Shown here piece after piece: positions 8,261 through 18,232 of a DNA stretch of 64,000 nucleotides. Numbering within the stretch: position 1 is the first letter of the stretch; each line of letters starts with the position of its first letter. The DNA is taken from NCBI GenBank assembly GCA_943368755.1, contig CALRLO020000010.1, positions 420 to 64,419 of the forward strand. Reading direction: 5' to 3'. The translations under genes were made by a program, and so were the position numbers. The DNA is from Synechococcus sp. UW140 (GTDB taxonomy: Bacteria > Pseudomonadota > Gammaproteobacteria > Burkholderiales > Burkholderiaceae_C). The notes beneath the pieces are model-generated. The model was not told where the DNA came from. It made no database searches and saw only the letters and a list, made by a program, of their open reading frames with translations.

Positions 8261-9463
8261 ATGACCGCTTTCATCGAAGCCGCCTCGCCGCATGTCATGA
8301 ACACCTATGGCCGCGTGCCCATTGCGCTGTCGCATGGCCGAGGCAGCCGCGTGTGGGACGTGAACGGCAAGGAGTACCTGGACGCGCTGGGCGGCATTGC
8401 GGTCAACACCCTGGGTCACGCCCACCCAAAGCTGGTGCCGGCGCTGCAGGACCAGGTGGCCAAGCTCATCCACAGCAGCAACTACTACCACGTGCCCAAC
8501 CAGGAGGTGCTGGCCCGAAAGCTGGTGGAGCTCTCCGGCATGACCAACGTGTTCTTCTGCAGCACCGGCCTGGAAGCCAACGAGGCCGCACTCAAGCTGG
8601 CGCGCAAATACGGCCACGACAAGGGCATCACTCAGCCGAAGATCGTGGTCTATGAAAAGGCCTTCCATGGCCGCTCCATCGCCACGCTGTCGGCCACGGG
8701 CAACCCCAAGGTGCAGGCCGGCTTCGGCCCGCTGGTGGAAGGTTTCATCCGCGTGCCGCTCAACGACATCGAGGCGCTGAAACAGGCCACCGAAGGCGAC
8801 GGGGACGTGGTGGCCGTGTTCTTCGAGACCATCCAGGGCGAAGGAGGCGTGAACCCCATGCGCGTCGAATACCTCCAGCAGGTACGCAAACTGTGCGACC
8901 AGCGCGGCTGGCTGCTGATGATCGACGAGGTGCAGTGTGGCGTGGGCCGGACCGGCAAGTGGTTCGCCCACCAGTGGGCCGGCATCGTGCCCGACGTGAT
9001 GCCCCTGGCCAAGGGCCTGGGCTCGGGCGTGCCCATTGGCGCGGTGGTGGCTGGCCCCAAGGCAGCCCACATCTTTCAGCCCGGTAACCACGGCACCACC
9101 TTCGGCGGCAACCCGCTGGCCATGCGTGCCGGCGTGGAGACGCTGCGCATCATGGAAGAGGACGGCCTGCTGGACAACGCCGCGCAGGTGGGCGCCCACC
9201 TGCGCGCCGCGCTGGAGCGCGAGCTGGGCGGCCAATCCGGCCTGAAAGAGATTCGCGGTCAGGGCCTGATGCTCGGTGTGGAGCTGACCCAGCCTTGTGG
9301 CGTGCTGGTGGGCCGTGCGGCCGAAGCCGGCCTGCTGATCAGCGTCACCGCCGACAGCGTGATACGCCTGGTGCCGCCGCTGATCCTCACCCGCGCCGAA
9401 GCGGACGAGATCGTTGCCAAGCTGGTGCCGCTGGTGAAAGCCTTCTGGAAGGAGCAGCCATGA
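8261..9463 (+). CDS. argD: Acetylornithine aminotransferase
   Basis: FHGRS, ETIQGEGG, DEVQCGVGRTG, LAKGLGSG, HGTTFGGNP; TAGAAT -10 candidate at 8201-8206. Confidence 0.93.
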   Translation: MTAFIEAASPHVMNTYGRVPIALSHGRGSRVWDVNGKEYLDALGGIAVNTLGHAHPKLVPALQDQVAKLIHSSNYYHVPNQEVLARKLVELSGMTNVFFCSTGLEANEAALKLARKYGHDKGITQPKIVVYEKAFHGRSIATLSATGNPKVQAGFGPLVEGFIRVPLNDIEALKQATEGDGDVVAVFFETIQGEGGVNPMRVEYLQQVRKLCDQRGWLLMIDEVQCGVGRTGKWFAHQWAGIVPDVMPLAKGLGSGVPIGAVVAGPKAAHIFQPGNHGTTFGGNPLAMRAGVETLRIMEEDGLLDNAAQVGAHLRAALERELGGQSGLKEIRGQGLMLGVELTQPCGVLVGRAAEAGLLISVTADSVIRLVPPLILTRAEADEIVAKLVPLVKAFWKEQP

Positions 9464-10380
9464 GCATTCGCCACTACCTGCAGTTCAAGGATCTCGCGGC
9501 CAACGAATACGCCCACCTGCTCGAGCGCGCGCGTTTCATCAAGGCCAAGTTCAAGGCGGTGGAGAAGTACCAGCCCTTTGCCGACCCCGACCGTACGCTG
9601 GCCATGATCTTCGAGAAGGCCAGCACGCGCACCCGGGTGAGCTTCGAGGCCGGCATGTACCAGATGGGTGGCAGCGTGGTGCACCTGACCACGGGCGACA
9701 GCCAGCTGGGCCGCGCCGAACCCATAGAGGACAGCGCCCGCGTGATCAGCCGCATGGTCGACATCGTGATGATCCGCACCTTCGAGCAAAAAAAGATCGA
9801 GGCCTTTGCCGCGCACTCACGCGTGCCGGTCATCAACGGCCTGACCAACGAGTACCACCCCTGCCAGATCCTGGCCGACATCTTCACCTACATCGAATAC
9901 CGCGGCCCTATCCAGGGCAAGGTGGTGGCCTGGGTGGGTGACGGCAACAACATGGCCAACACCTGGCTGCAGGCAGCCGAGATCCTGGGCTTCACCGTGC
10001 ATGTGAGCACCCCCAGCGGCTACGAGATCGACCCGGCCGTGGCAGGCGTGAAGAACACCGGCTGCTACAAGGTCTTCAAAGACCCGCGCGAAGCCTGCAA
10101 GGGGGCCGACCTCGTCACCACCGATGTGTGGACCAGCATGGGCTACGAAGCCGAGAACGAGGCCCGCCGCAAGGCTTTCGCGCAGTGGTGCGTGGACGAA
10201 GCCATGATGCGCCACGCCAAGCCCGACGCACTCTTCATGCATTGCCTGCCGGCCCACCGCGGCGAAGAGGTCACCGCCGAAGTGATCGACGGCCCGCAGT
10301 CGGTGGTGTGGGACGAAGCCGAGAACCGCATGCACGTGCAAAAGGCGCTGATGGAGTACCTGCTCCTGGGCAAAGTCTGA
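9460..10380 (+). CDS. argF: Ornithine carbamoyltransferase
   Basis: KASTRTR, HPCQ, DVWTSMG, MHCLP, EAENR; ATGA overlap with argD. Confidence 0.95.
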   Translation: MSIRHYLQFKDLAANEYAHLLERARFIKAKFKAVEKYQPFADPDRTLAMIFEKASTRTRVSFEAGMYQMGGSVVHLTTGDSQLGRAEPIEDSARVISRMVDIVMIRTFEQKKIEAFAAHSRVPVINGLTNEYHPCQILADIFTYIEYRGPIQGKVVAWVGDGNNMANTWLQAAEILGFTVHVSTPSGYEIDPAVAGVKNTGCYKVFKDPREACKGADLVTTDVWTSMGYEAENEARRKAFAQWCVDEAMMRHAKPDALFMHCLPAHRGEEVTAEVIDGPQSVVWDEAENRMHVQKALMEYLLLGKV

Positions 10381-10384
10381 CCCC

Positions 10385-10732
10385 ATGTCCGCCTGTCAGA
10401 CCTGTGGTGCGTGCTGCGCCTGCTTCCGGGTCGATTTCTCGGTTCACGAGGTCGATGAGGAAGGTGGCAGCGTCCCCTCGGGTCTGGTGGTCGAGGTCAA
10501 TGACAGCCTGCGGCGCATGCGGGGCACCGACCATGCCTTACCCCGTTGCGCTGCACTGACTGGCAAGGTCGGCCAGCAAGCGAGCTGCGGCATCTACGAA
10601 TGGCGCCCCTCGCCCTGCCGCGAGTTTGAAGAGGGCAGCGACGCCTGCGAACGCGCCCGCGCGCGCCACGGCCTGAGCGCGCTCACGGCGTTGCGGGCAA
10701 CGGCACCGGCAGCCCCCCCAGCCGGCCCTTGA
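10385..10732 (+). CDS. YkgJ family (CxxCxxCC) zinc/iron-chelating protein
   Basis: CQTCGACCACF, CAAL, CGIYEWRPSPCREF. Confidence 0.85.
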   Translation: MSACQTCGACCACFRVDFSVHEVDEEGGSVPSGLVVEVNDSLRRMRGTDHALPRCAALTGKVGQQASCGIYEWRPSPCREFEEGSDACERARARHGLSALTALRATAPAAPPAGP

Positions 10733-11162
10733 ACTCCTGCAGCGAGAAGTGCGACTGCACGTGCCGAACGCCCGGCAGCCGGTGCAGCTTTTGCTGCAAC
10801 AGGCTGGAATAGTGGTCCAGGTCGCGCGCCACCACCGCAATGAGGAAGTCCGACGGGCCCGAGATCGCGTGGAACATGACCACCTCGGGAATCTGGGCCA
10901 CCGCTTCCTCGAACGCCTGCGACACCGGTTCGTTCTGGTGATCAATGCCCACCAGCACAAATGACAACACGCCATAGCCCAGCGAACGGCGGTCCAGTGC
11001 TGCGTGATAGCCACGTATCACGCCCTCTTCTTCGAGGCGGCGGATGCGCCGCCAGGCCGGTGATTGCGACAGGTGCGCAACCTGCGCGAGTTCGCCCGAG
11101 GTCAGCCGGGCGTCGTCCTGCATGGCGCGCAGCAGCAAACGGTCGGTACGGTCGATTTCCAT
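10683..11162 (-). CDS. Lrp/AsnC family regulator, KynR-like
   Basis: DARL..ELA...LSQSPAWRRIRRLEEEGVIRGY HTH; divergent from kynB; GAGG SD. Confidence 0.88.
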   Translation of the reverse strand: MEIDRTDRLLLRAMQDDARLTSGELAQVAHLSQSPAWRRIRRLEEEGVIRGYHAALDRRSLGYGVLSFVLVGIDHQNEPVSQAFEEAVAQIPEVVMFHAISGPSDFLIAVVARDLDHYSSLLQQKLHRLPGVRHVQSHFSLQEFKGRLGGLPVPLPATP

Positions 11163-11274
11163 TGCGTCCTCACCCCATTTTTGGGCTATTGATGCATAAA
11201 TTATCCAATTTTTTACGCATTCAAGCCTAACTGTTCAGACTCCCTAGAATCCAGCAAATAGCCCGAACCCGACC

Positions 11275-11913
11275 ATGCCAGCCACGTCGCCCCGCCTCTG
11301 GGACATTTCGCCCCCGGTACACACCGCCAGCCCGGTGTTCCCCGGTGACACGCCCTACAGCCAGCAATGGGCCGCCTCCATAGGCCCCGGCTGTCCGGTC
11401 AACGTCAGCGCCATCACGCTCTCGCCGCACGTGGGTGCCCATGCCGATGCGCCACTGCACTACGACCCGCAGGGCCTGCCCATTGGCGAAGTGCCGCTGG
11501 ACGCTTTCATCGGCCCCTGCCGGGTGATTCACGCCATAGCTTGCCGGCCGCTGGTGGAATGGCACCACATCGCCCACGCCACACAAGGCTTGCCGCCGCG
11601 CGTGCTGGTACGCACCTACACCCACATGCCGCAAGACCGCTGGGACGGCGCGCTGGCCGGCTACGCCCCGCAAGTAGTGGAGCGTTTCGCCGCACTGGGC
11701 GTGAAGCTCATCGGCATAGACACCGCCAGCATCGACCCCGCCGAGAGCAAGACGCTGGACAGCCACCAGGTGATACGGCGGCACGGCATGCGGGTACTGG
11801 AGAATCTCGTGCTCGACGACGTGCCCGAAGGCGACTACGAACTCATTGCCCTGCCCCTCAAACTGACCCAGGCCGACGCCAGCCCCGTGCGCGCCGTCCT
11901 GCGCGACCTCTGA
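11275..11913 (+). CDS. kynB: Kynurenine formamidase (arylformamidase)
   Basis: [11 protein letters not shown] metal motif, [32 protein letters not shown]; TAGAAT -10 candidate at 11245-11250. Confidence 0.93.
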   Translation: MPATSPRLWDISPPVHTASPVFPGDTPYSQQWAASIGPGCPVNVSAITLSPHVGAHADAPLHYDPQGLPIGEVPLDAFIGPCRVIHAIACRPLVEWHHIAHATQGLPPRVLVRTYTHMPQDRWDGALAGYAPQVVERFAALGVKLIGIDTASIDPAESKTLDSHQVIRRHGMRVLENLVLDDVPEGDYELIALPLKLTQADASPVRAVLRDL

Positions 11914-11934
11914 TTTTTTGCAACGGAAGCCCCC

Positions 11935-13140
11935 ATGACGACCTCTCTGTTCTCGCACGTGCCCGCCTACGGCGGCGACCCCATCCTCACCCTGATGGAA
12001 ACCTTCCAGAAGGATGCGCGCCCCAACAAGGTCAGCCTGTCCATTGGCATCTACTTCGATGAAGAAGGCCGCCTGCCGGTGCTCGAATCGGTGCGCCGCG
12101 CCGAAGCCTCCGGGCTGGAGAAGATCGGCCCGCGCCCCTACCTGCCCATGGAAGGCGCCGCCGCTTACCGCAACGCGGTGCAAATGCTGGTGTTCGGTGC
12201 CGAGCACGAAGCCGTGGCAAGTGGCCGCATCGCCACCCTGCAGAGCCTGGGCGGCTCGGGCGCGCTCAAGGTGGGCGCCGATTTTCTCAAGCGCTACTTC
12301 GACAGCTCGGAAGTCTGGGTCAGCGACCCGACCTGGGAGAACCACGTCGCCCTGTTCGAAGGTGCCGGCTTCAAGGTCCACACCTACCCCTATTACGACG
12401 CCAAGACCGGCGGCCTGCGTTTCGACGAGATGGTCGCCGCCTTCAAGGCCTTGCCGGCACGCAGCATCGTGCTGCTGCACGCCAGCTGCCACAACCCGAC
12501 GGGCGTGGACCTGACCCAGTCCCAGTGGCAGCAGCTCATTCCCGTCATCGCCGAGCGCGGACTGATCCCCTTCGTGGACATGGCCTACCAGGGCTTCGGC
12601 GACGGCCTCGCCGAAGACGCCTTCTCCATCCGCGCGCTCGCCAGCGCCGGCGTGCAGTTCTTCGTGGCCAACTCGTTCTCCAAGAACTTCTCCCTCTACG
12701 GTGAACGCTGCGGCGGCCTGCATGTGGTCTGTGCCGACGCGGCTGCCGCCGACACGGTGCTGGGCCAGCTCAAGGCCACAGTGCGCCGCAACTACTCCAG
12801 CCCGCCCACGCACGGCGAGGTGGTCATCACCAAAGTGCTGTCCGATCCAGAGCTGTTCGCGCTGTGGCAAAAAGAGCTGGCCGAGATGCGAGAGCGCATC
12901 AAGGCCATGCGCGAAGGCTTGCACCGGGTGCTGAACGAGCACTTCAAGGGCGCGCGCAACTTCGACTACTTCCTGACCCAGCGTGGCATGTTCAGCTACA
13001 CCGGCCTCAGCGCCGCGCAGGTGGACACCCTGCGCGACCAGCACGCGGTGTACCTGGTGCGTTCGGGCCGCATGTGCATGTCGGGCCTGAGCACCCAGAA
13101 TGTGGGCTACGTGGCCAACGCCATGGCCCAGGTGCTCTGA
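11935..13140 (+). CDS. Class I PLP aminotransferase of AspC/TyrB type; candidate kynurenine aminotransferase
   Basis: [42 protein letters not shown] (PLP Lys), SGRM; does not resemble kynureninase. Confidence 0.9.
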   Translation: MTTSLFSHVPAYGGDPILTLMETFQKDARPNKVSLSIGIYFDEEGRLPVLESVRRAEASGLEKIGPRPYLPMEGAAAYRNAVQMLVFGAEHEAVASGRIATLQSLGGSGALKVGADFLKRYFDSSEVWVSDPTWENHVALFEGAGFKVHTYPYYDAKTGGLRFDEMVAAFKALPARSIVLLHASCHNPTGVDLTQSQWQQLIPVIAERGLIPFVDMAYQGFGDGLAEDAFSIRALASAGVQFFVANSFSKNFSLYGERCGGLHVVCADAAAADTVLGQLKATVRRNYSSPPTHGEVVITKVLSDPELFALWQKELAEMRERIKAMREGLHRVLNEHFKGARNFDYFLTQRGMFSYTGLSAAQVDTLRDQHAVYLVRSGRMCMSGLSTQNVGYVANAMAQVL

Positions 13141-13163
13141 CCCCAGTTCCGGAGCGCCCGCAC

Positions 13164-14033
13164 ATGTGCCCCCACGCCCACGGCAGCACGCCCGCCTCGG
13201 TGCCCGAGTCCATCGTGCACGAGGAAAAGGCACAGCTGGATTTCAGCCGCAGCATGAGCTACGGCGACTATCTCCAGCTCGACCAGATCCTCAACGCGCA
13301 GCAGCCCCGCTCGCCCGCACACGACGAACTGCTGTTCATCGTTCAGCACCAGACCAGCGAACTCTGGATGAAGCTGATGCTGCACGAGCTGCGCGGTGCC
13401 ATCCGCAACGTCGCCAACGACGAGCTGGGCGCCGCCTTCAAGATGCTGGCGCGCGTGAGCCGCATCATGGAGCAGCTGGTGCATGCCTGGGACGTGCTCT
13501 CCACCATGACACCGCCCGAGTACAGCGCCATGCGGCCCTACCTGGGCGCCTCCAGCGGCTTCCAGAGCTACCAGTACCGTTGCATCGAGTACTCGCTGGG
13601 CAACAAGAACCCGGCCATGCTCAAACCCCACGAGCACCGACCCGACCTGCTGGCGCTGGTGCGCGAGTCCTTCGACGCGCCCTCGCTGTACGACGAATCG
13701 CTGCGCCTGCTGGCACGCCGGGGCATCGCCGTTCCCGCCGAGTACCTGGAGCGCGACTGGAGCCAGCCCTATGTGGCCAGCGACGCGGTGGAACAGGCCT
13801 GGCTCACCGTCTACCGCAACCCCAAGGAATACTGGGACCTCTACCAGCTGGGCGAGGAACTGACCGACCTGGAAGACGCCTTCCGCCTCTGGCGCTTCCG
13901 CCACGTGACCACGGTGGAACGCGTGATCGGCTTCAAGCGCGGCACCGGTGGTACCGGTGGCGTGAGCTACCTGCGCAAGATGCTGGACGTGGTGCTGTTC
14001 CCCGAAATCTGGAAACTCCGGACGGACCTGTAA
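13164..14033 (+). CDS. kynA: Tryptophan 2,3-dioxygenase
   Basis: [50 protein letters not shown]. Confidence 0.95.
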   Translation: MCPHAHGSTPASVPESIVHEEKAQLDFSRSMSYGDYLQLDQILNAQQPRSPAHDELLFIVQHQTSELWMKLMLHELRGAIRNVANDELGAAFKMLARVSRIMEQLVHAWDVLSTMTPPEYSAMRPYLGASSGFQSYQYRCIEYSLGNKNPAMLKPHEHRPDLLALVRESFDAPSLYDESLRLLARRGIAVPAEYLERDWSQPYVASDAVEQAWLTVYRNPKEYWDLYQLGEELTDLEDAFRLWRFRHVTTVERVIGFKRGTGGTGGVSYLRKMLDVVLFPEIWKLRTDL

Positions 14034-14039
14034 CCCACC

Positions 14040-14119
14040 CCCGCGCCGCGCCTGCGGCGCGTCACCCCATCAAGGGGGCAACATCAGCAGGCCGGCAAAG
14101 CCGGCTCTGCGATGTTCCC
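14040..14119. repeat. Intergenic three-hairpin repeat (REP/MITE-like), copy 2
   Basis: cgcgccgc/gcggcgcg, cccc/gggg and aacatc-a-gcagg-ccggc/gccgg-c-tctgc-gatgtt; homologous to 2371-2451. Confidence 0.8.
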
Positions 14120-14151
14120 TGTCAAGCCGCTGCCACGTGGCGACTGTGGGT

Positions 14152-15141
14152 TCACTGCGGTTTGATGTTCGCCTTCTGGATCACCGCCGCCATCTTGGTG
14201 GTGTCCGCCTTGATGCGATTGCCCAGCCCCTCGGGCGAGGTGCCCGCCACCTGCCAGCCCTGCGTGAAGATGCGCTGACGGATTTCCGGATCGCGCACGA
14301 TGTCGGCCAGCAGGCCCGACACCTTGCTCACCACCGGCTTGGGCAGGCTGTTGGGCGCGGCCACCGCGTTCCAGATCTCCAGCTGGAAGCCCTTGATGCC
14401 GCCCTCGGCCACACTGGGCACGTTGGGCACCAGCGAGCTGCGGCCCAGCGAGGTGACGCCCACCGCCTTGAGCTTGCCCGCCGACACCTGCGCCATGGCC
14501 AGGCCCGGCGGCAGCAGCGACAGCTGCACATCCCCCGCCACCATGGCCGTGATCACCTGCGGGTTGCCCTGGTAAGGCACGTGCACCGCCTCGATGCCAG
14601 CGGTGGATTTCAGCAGCTCCATGCCGATGTGTGCCACCGTCCCAATGCCGGGCGTGCCGTAGTTCCACTTGCCACCGGCCGCCCGCGCCGCCGCCAGCAT
14701 GCCCGGCACATCGCCCGGCACCGAGGCCGCCGCCGCCAGGACCAGGGGCGCAGTGGCCAGCAGCGATACCGGCTGCAGGTCCTTCAGCGGGTCGTAGGTG
14801 GTGGCCGGGTTCAGGATCTTTGCGATGGTCAGGTTGCCATTGATCATCAGCCCCAGCGTGTGGTCATCGGTGGCGCGTGACACCAGGTCGGCGGCCACGT
14901 TGCCACCCGCACCGGGGCGGTTCTCCACCACCACAGGCTGGCCCAGCGCCTTGGCCAGAGGCTCGGCAATGGTGCGGGCCATCAGGTCCGGCGACGAGCC
15001 GCCGGGAAAGCCGACGATGAGGCGCACCGGCTTGGTGGGCCAGGCGCCGCCCTGCGCCCAGGCGCCGGACAACGCGAGTGCGGCTGCAAGGCCGATGGTG
15101 GACTGGATCACGAGGCGGCGGGAGGGTTTGGACTGGGTCAT
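14152..15141 (-). CDS. Bug/TctC family solute-binding protein
   Basis: IVGFPGGSSPD..AR, VENRPGAGG, YGTPG.G, HVPYQG. Confidence 0.9.
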   Translation of the reverse strand: MTQSKPSRRLVIQSTIGLAAALALSGAWAQGGAWPTKPVRLIVGFPGGSSPDLMARTIAEPLAKALGQPVVVENRPGAGGNVAADLVSRATDDHTLGLMINGNLTIAKILNPATTYDPLKDLQPVSLLATAPLVLAAAASVPGDVPGMLAAARAAGGKWNYGTPGIGTVAHIGMELLKSTAGIEAVHVPYQGNPQVITAMVAGDVQLSLLPPGLAMAQVSAGKLKAVGVTSLGRSSLVPNVPSVAEGGIKGFQLEIWNAVAAPNSLPKPVVSKVSGLLADIVRDPEIRQRIFTQGWQVAGTSPEGLGNRIKADTTKMAAVIQKANIKPQ

Positions 15142-15295
15142 GGCGCGTCTGTGGAAACGTTGGCGGGAAAGTTGGAACCGGCAACCTTAACCGATGCCCA
15201 TCAGATTTCCCCATGGTTTAAAAAGTATCAAAAACAGCATAATCGTTAGCCATCGAAGGCAAGCAACGCCCACAAATTTCAGCGAAAGGCCAGAC

Positions 15296-16003
15296 ATGGG
15301 TATCCAGGATCGCGACTACTGGCGGGAGTGGCACCGGGAACGGGAAGACAGCAACGGATTTCGCCGCCGGCCACCCGAGCCCCCAGGCGCGCAATGGCAC
15401 TGGAGCCTCAAAGTCTTGGTCTGGCTGCTGATTGCCGGGACCCTGTTCGCGGTATTCAAGCGCGTTGAACCGCGTCGCAACACCCCACGCCCGGCCGCCG
15501 CTTCCACGCAGGACTCGCCGACACCCACACAACCGCCATGGCCTGCAGCGCCATCGCCGTCGCAGACATTTCAGCCACCCCACTCTGGATACGCCCTACC
15601 CGCACCAGCCCCTACACCAGCACCCATTCCATCACGGGTCACCATCTATCTATGCAAGGACTACAGCGGCGGGATGTTCTGGGCATCCAACCACTGCAGC
15701 CAGCACCGTGCGTTGATCGACCGTATGGAATCGGTACCCAGCAACCTGCCCTGGGACCAGCAGGTGCTTCTGGCCCAACAGGCGCGCAACCGGGCTGCCG
15801 AATTGACCAGACCACCGCCCGTGATGGAAAGCCGCACAGTTATCGTGAATAACATGGGGAATACCGCAGCCTGCGAAGCTCTGGAGCAGCACATCGTTCA
15901 TCTGGATGCGATGGCGCGCCAGCCGCAGAGCGCGCAGATGCAGGACTGGATCAAGGCGCAGAAAGCGGATGCGCGGAGCCAGCAGTTCAGGTTGAGGTGT
16001 TGA
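15296..16003 (+). CDS. Hypothetical single-pass membrane protein with Pro-rich linker and Cys-containing C-terminal domain
   Basis: MGIQDRDYW start with GAAAGG upstream, one hydrophobic helix, P/S/T-rich linker, four Cys including a terminal Cys. Confidence 0.7.
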   Translation: MGIQDRDYWREWHREREDSNGFRRRPPEPPGAQWHWSLKVLVWLLIAGTLFAVFKRVEPRRNTPRPAAASTQDSPTPTQPPWPAAPSPSQTFQPPHSGYALPAPAPTPAPIPSRVTIYLCKDYSGGMFWASNHCSQHRALIDRMESVPSNLPWDQQVLLAQQARNRAAELTRPPPVMESRTVIVNNMGNTAACEALEQHIVHLDAMARQPQSAQMQDWIKAQKADARSQQFRLRC

Positions 16004-16170
16004 GTATTGAGTGTGGGAAACGGCCGGCAGCGGTGCAGCGTGTGCCGACATCTGCGTTTGTAAACAGTTGCTCGTGACGGGATCGAGGTCGACTCCCGTT
16101 GTGAGGTTTCCGCCACCGGGCCACTGCGGCCGTCGGCATAGACCAGCTGTGCACCCGCCCGCTGTCTCCT

Positions 16171-17055
16171 TCACCTTGCGGCGCTGGCAAGCAGCGAAAT
16201 CAGGCGCTTTGCAACAGGTGGCACATAGCTGTTTTCTCGGTAGGTGACGACAAGACGCCGGTGCATGGTGGCTTCTTTGACAGGCACCTCTCTGAGTTGT
16301 GAACTTGTGGTCGCTTGGTCCAGATGATGTCTGGAAATGAAGCTCAGCAAGCCCGTCTCGGCAATGAGCGTAGGAAGCATCAGCAACATGGTGCTTTCCA
16401 CCTGCACCCGAGGGCGAGGCAGTTGTTTGCGATCAAAAGTATGGTCCAACCAGTCGCGGGTCGGTGCACCAGGGGGTTGCAGGACCCAGCGGTACCGGGT
16501 CAGGTCACGCAGGGTCGGCTTGATGTTGTGAATTTCGTGTCCGACGCTGGCTGCCACGACGATGGTGTCGGCGGTCAAGACCTGTGAAACGAATCCCGAC
16601 TCTTCGGCACCCTCCGTTCCCACCATCAGGTCGATTTCACCTGCGCGCAATAGTGGGCGAAGCGTGTCCACCAGCCCGACCACTGTTTTCATGGTGACCT
16701 CTGGTGCCTCGGCCATCAACTCGCGGGCAGCATTCGGCAGCAGGAACTGCGCTGCGGTGGGAACAATGCCCAGGCGGATATGGCCCGACAGTCCAAGGCC
16801 GATATCGCCAATTTCCCGCCTGGCGTCGTCCATGTCAAATCGCATCCGCTGTGCCCATTTCTGCAGCACCCGACCCGCCGCCGTGAGACGGATACCCCGG
16901 CCATCCTTCTCAAAAAGTGGCGCACCACACTCTTCTTCCAGCCGGCGTATGCAACTGGTCAGCGCAGGCTGGGTGCGGTGCAGGCGCCGGGTGGCCTGAC
17001 CGATGTGTTCCAGCTCGGCGATAGTCTCGAAGTAGCGGAGGTCGCGCAGGTCCAT
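16171..17055 (-). CDS. LysR family transcriptional regulator
   Basis: MDLRDLRYF...HRTQPALTSCIRRLEEECGAPLF HTH; divergent from the catabolic cluster. Confidence 0.92.
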   Translation of the reverse strand: MDLRDLRYFETIAELEHIGQATRRLHRTQPALTSCIRRLEEECGAPLFEKDGRGIRLTAAGRVLQKWAQRMRFDMDDARREIGDIGLGLSGHIRLGIVPTAAQFLLPNAARELMAEAPEVTMKTVVGLVDTLRPLLRAGEIDLMVGTEGAEESGFVSQVLTADTIVVAASVGHEIHNIKPTLRDLTRYRWVLQPPGAPTRDWLDHTFDRKQLPRPRVQVESTMLLMLPTLIAETGLLSFISRHHLDQATTSSQLREVPVKEATMHRRLVVTYRENSYVPPVAKRLISLLASAAR

Positions 17056-17068
17056 ACCAAAAGTCAGA

Positions 17069-17082
17069 TTGATGAATATCAA
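17069..17082. promoter_or_regulatory. Candidate LysR-binding dyad
   Basis: TTGAT-gaat-ATCAA just upstream of lysR; contains T-N11-A. Confidence 0.45.
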
Positions 17083-17183
17083 GAAATAATCGATTGGACT
17101 GTAAGTGTTCGGCCCGGAATACTCAAGCCCACAAACGGGATGCCTGCGCGGTTGCAGGGAACCCAAAGCACTGGAGACAACCC

Positions 17184-18158
17184 ATGAACCTGCGCCTGAC
17201 CCGCCGCGCCCTGATCGCTCTGACCGTCACAACCTTTGCAGCCGGTGCCAGCGCCCAGGCATTCCCCAACAAGCCCATCCGCGTGGTCGTGCCTTTCCCT
17301 GCCGGCGGCGGTACCGACGTGATTGCCCGCGAAGTCACGCAGAAAGTGACCGCCACCACGGGATGGACTTTCGTGATCGAGAACAAGGCGGGCGCGGGGG
17401 GCAACATCGGTGTGGACGCCGCAGTCAAATCGCCGGCAGACGGCTACACCATCGTGCTGGGGCAGACCAGCAACCTGGCCATCAACGCCACGCTGTACGA
17501 CAAGATGCCGTACGACTCGCAAAAGGATCTGGCCCCCATCGTTCTGGTGGCCAATGCCCCCCTGGTGGTGGTCACCAGCAGTGCCTCGACTTTCAAGACG
17601 CTGGGCGACGTGCTGAAAGCGGCCAAGGCCAAGCCCGGCGCGGTGAACTACGCGACCTCAGGCAACGGCACCGTGGCACACCTGACCATGGAGCTGTTCC
17701 AGAACGCCGCGGCCACCAAGCTGCAGCACGTGCCCTACAAAGGCGCCGCTCAGGCCATGACCGATGTGGTCAGCGGCAACGTGGAGCTCTACACCTCCTC
17801 CGTGCCAACACTCCTGGGCCAGATCAAGCAGGGCAAGCTGCGCGCGCTGGCCGTCACGTCGGCCAACCGCGTGGACGACCTGCCCGAGGTGCCCACGATC
17901 AACGAATCGGGCTTCAAGGGATTTGACGCTGTGACATGGTTCGGCTTCCTGGCGCCCGCCGGTACGCCCAAGGATGTGGTGGCCCGGCTCAACGCTGAGT
18001 TCAACAAGGCCCTTTCACAGGCCGATCTGCGCAAGAAGCTGGGTGACCAGGGCGCCGAGCCCGTGGGCGGAACCCCCGAGCAGTTCGCGTCACTCATCAA
18101 GGACGAGATCGGGCGCTGGGGCAAGGTCGTCAAGGAATCGGGCGCGCGCAACGAGTGA
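17184..18158 (+). CDS. Bug/TctC family solute-binding protein
   Basis: VVPFPAGGGTD, ENKAGAGG, HVPYKG; GGAG SD. Confidence 0.92.
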   Translation: MNLRLTRRALIALTVTTFAAGASAQAFPNKPIRVVVPFPAGGGTDVIAREVTQKVTATTGWTFVIENKAGAGGNIGVDAAVKSPADGYTIVLGQTSNLAINATLYDKMPYDSQKDLAPIVLVANAPLVVVTSSASTFKTLGDVLKAAKAKPGAVNYATSGNGTVAHLTMELFQNAAATKLQHVPYKGAAQAMTDVVSGNVELYTSSVPTLLGQIKQGKLRALAVTSANRVDDLPEVPTINESGFKGFDAVTWFGFLAPAGTPKDVVARLNAEFNKALSQADLRKKLGDQGAEPVGGTPEQFASLIKDEIGRWGKVVKESGARNE

Positions 18159-18232
18159 AGCCAGGCGCCGCAGGCGCCACCCCATTCAACCCCCGCCAGC
18201 CCGAGCGCTGGCCATTCATCAGGAGATCTTTC

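Noticed and set aside
15222-15237. LexA box upstream of the orphan membrane protein
   Set aside because: Only the ACAG half is present; there is no CTG left half
16081-16098. gtcgactccc resembling a tRNA T-arm
   Set aside because: No TTC, and no acceptor, D or anticodon arms can be built
18165-18177. gcgccgcaggcgc matching the first hairpin of the repeat at 14048-14060 in reverse complement
   Set aside because: A 13-mer in very GC-rich DNA; the other modules are absent, so chance cannot be excluded
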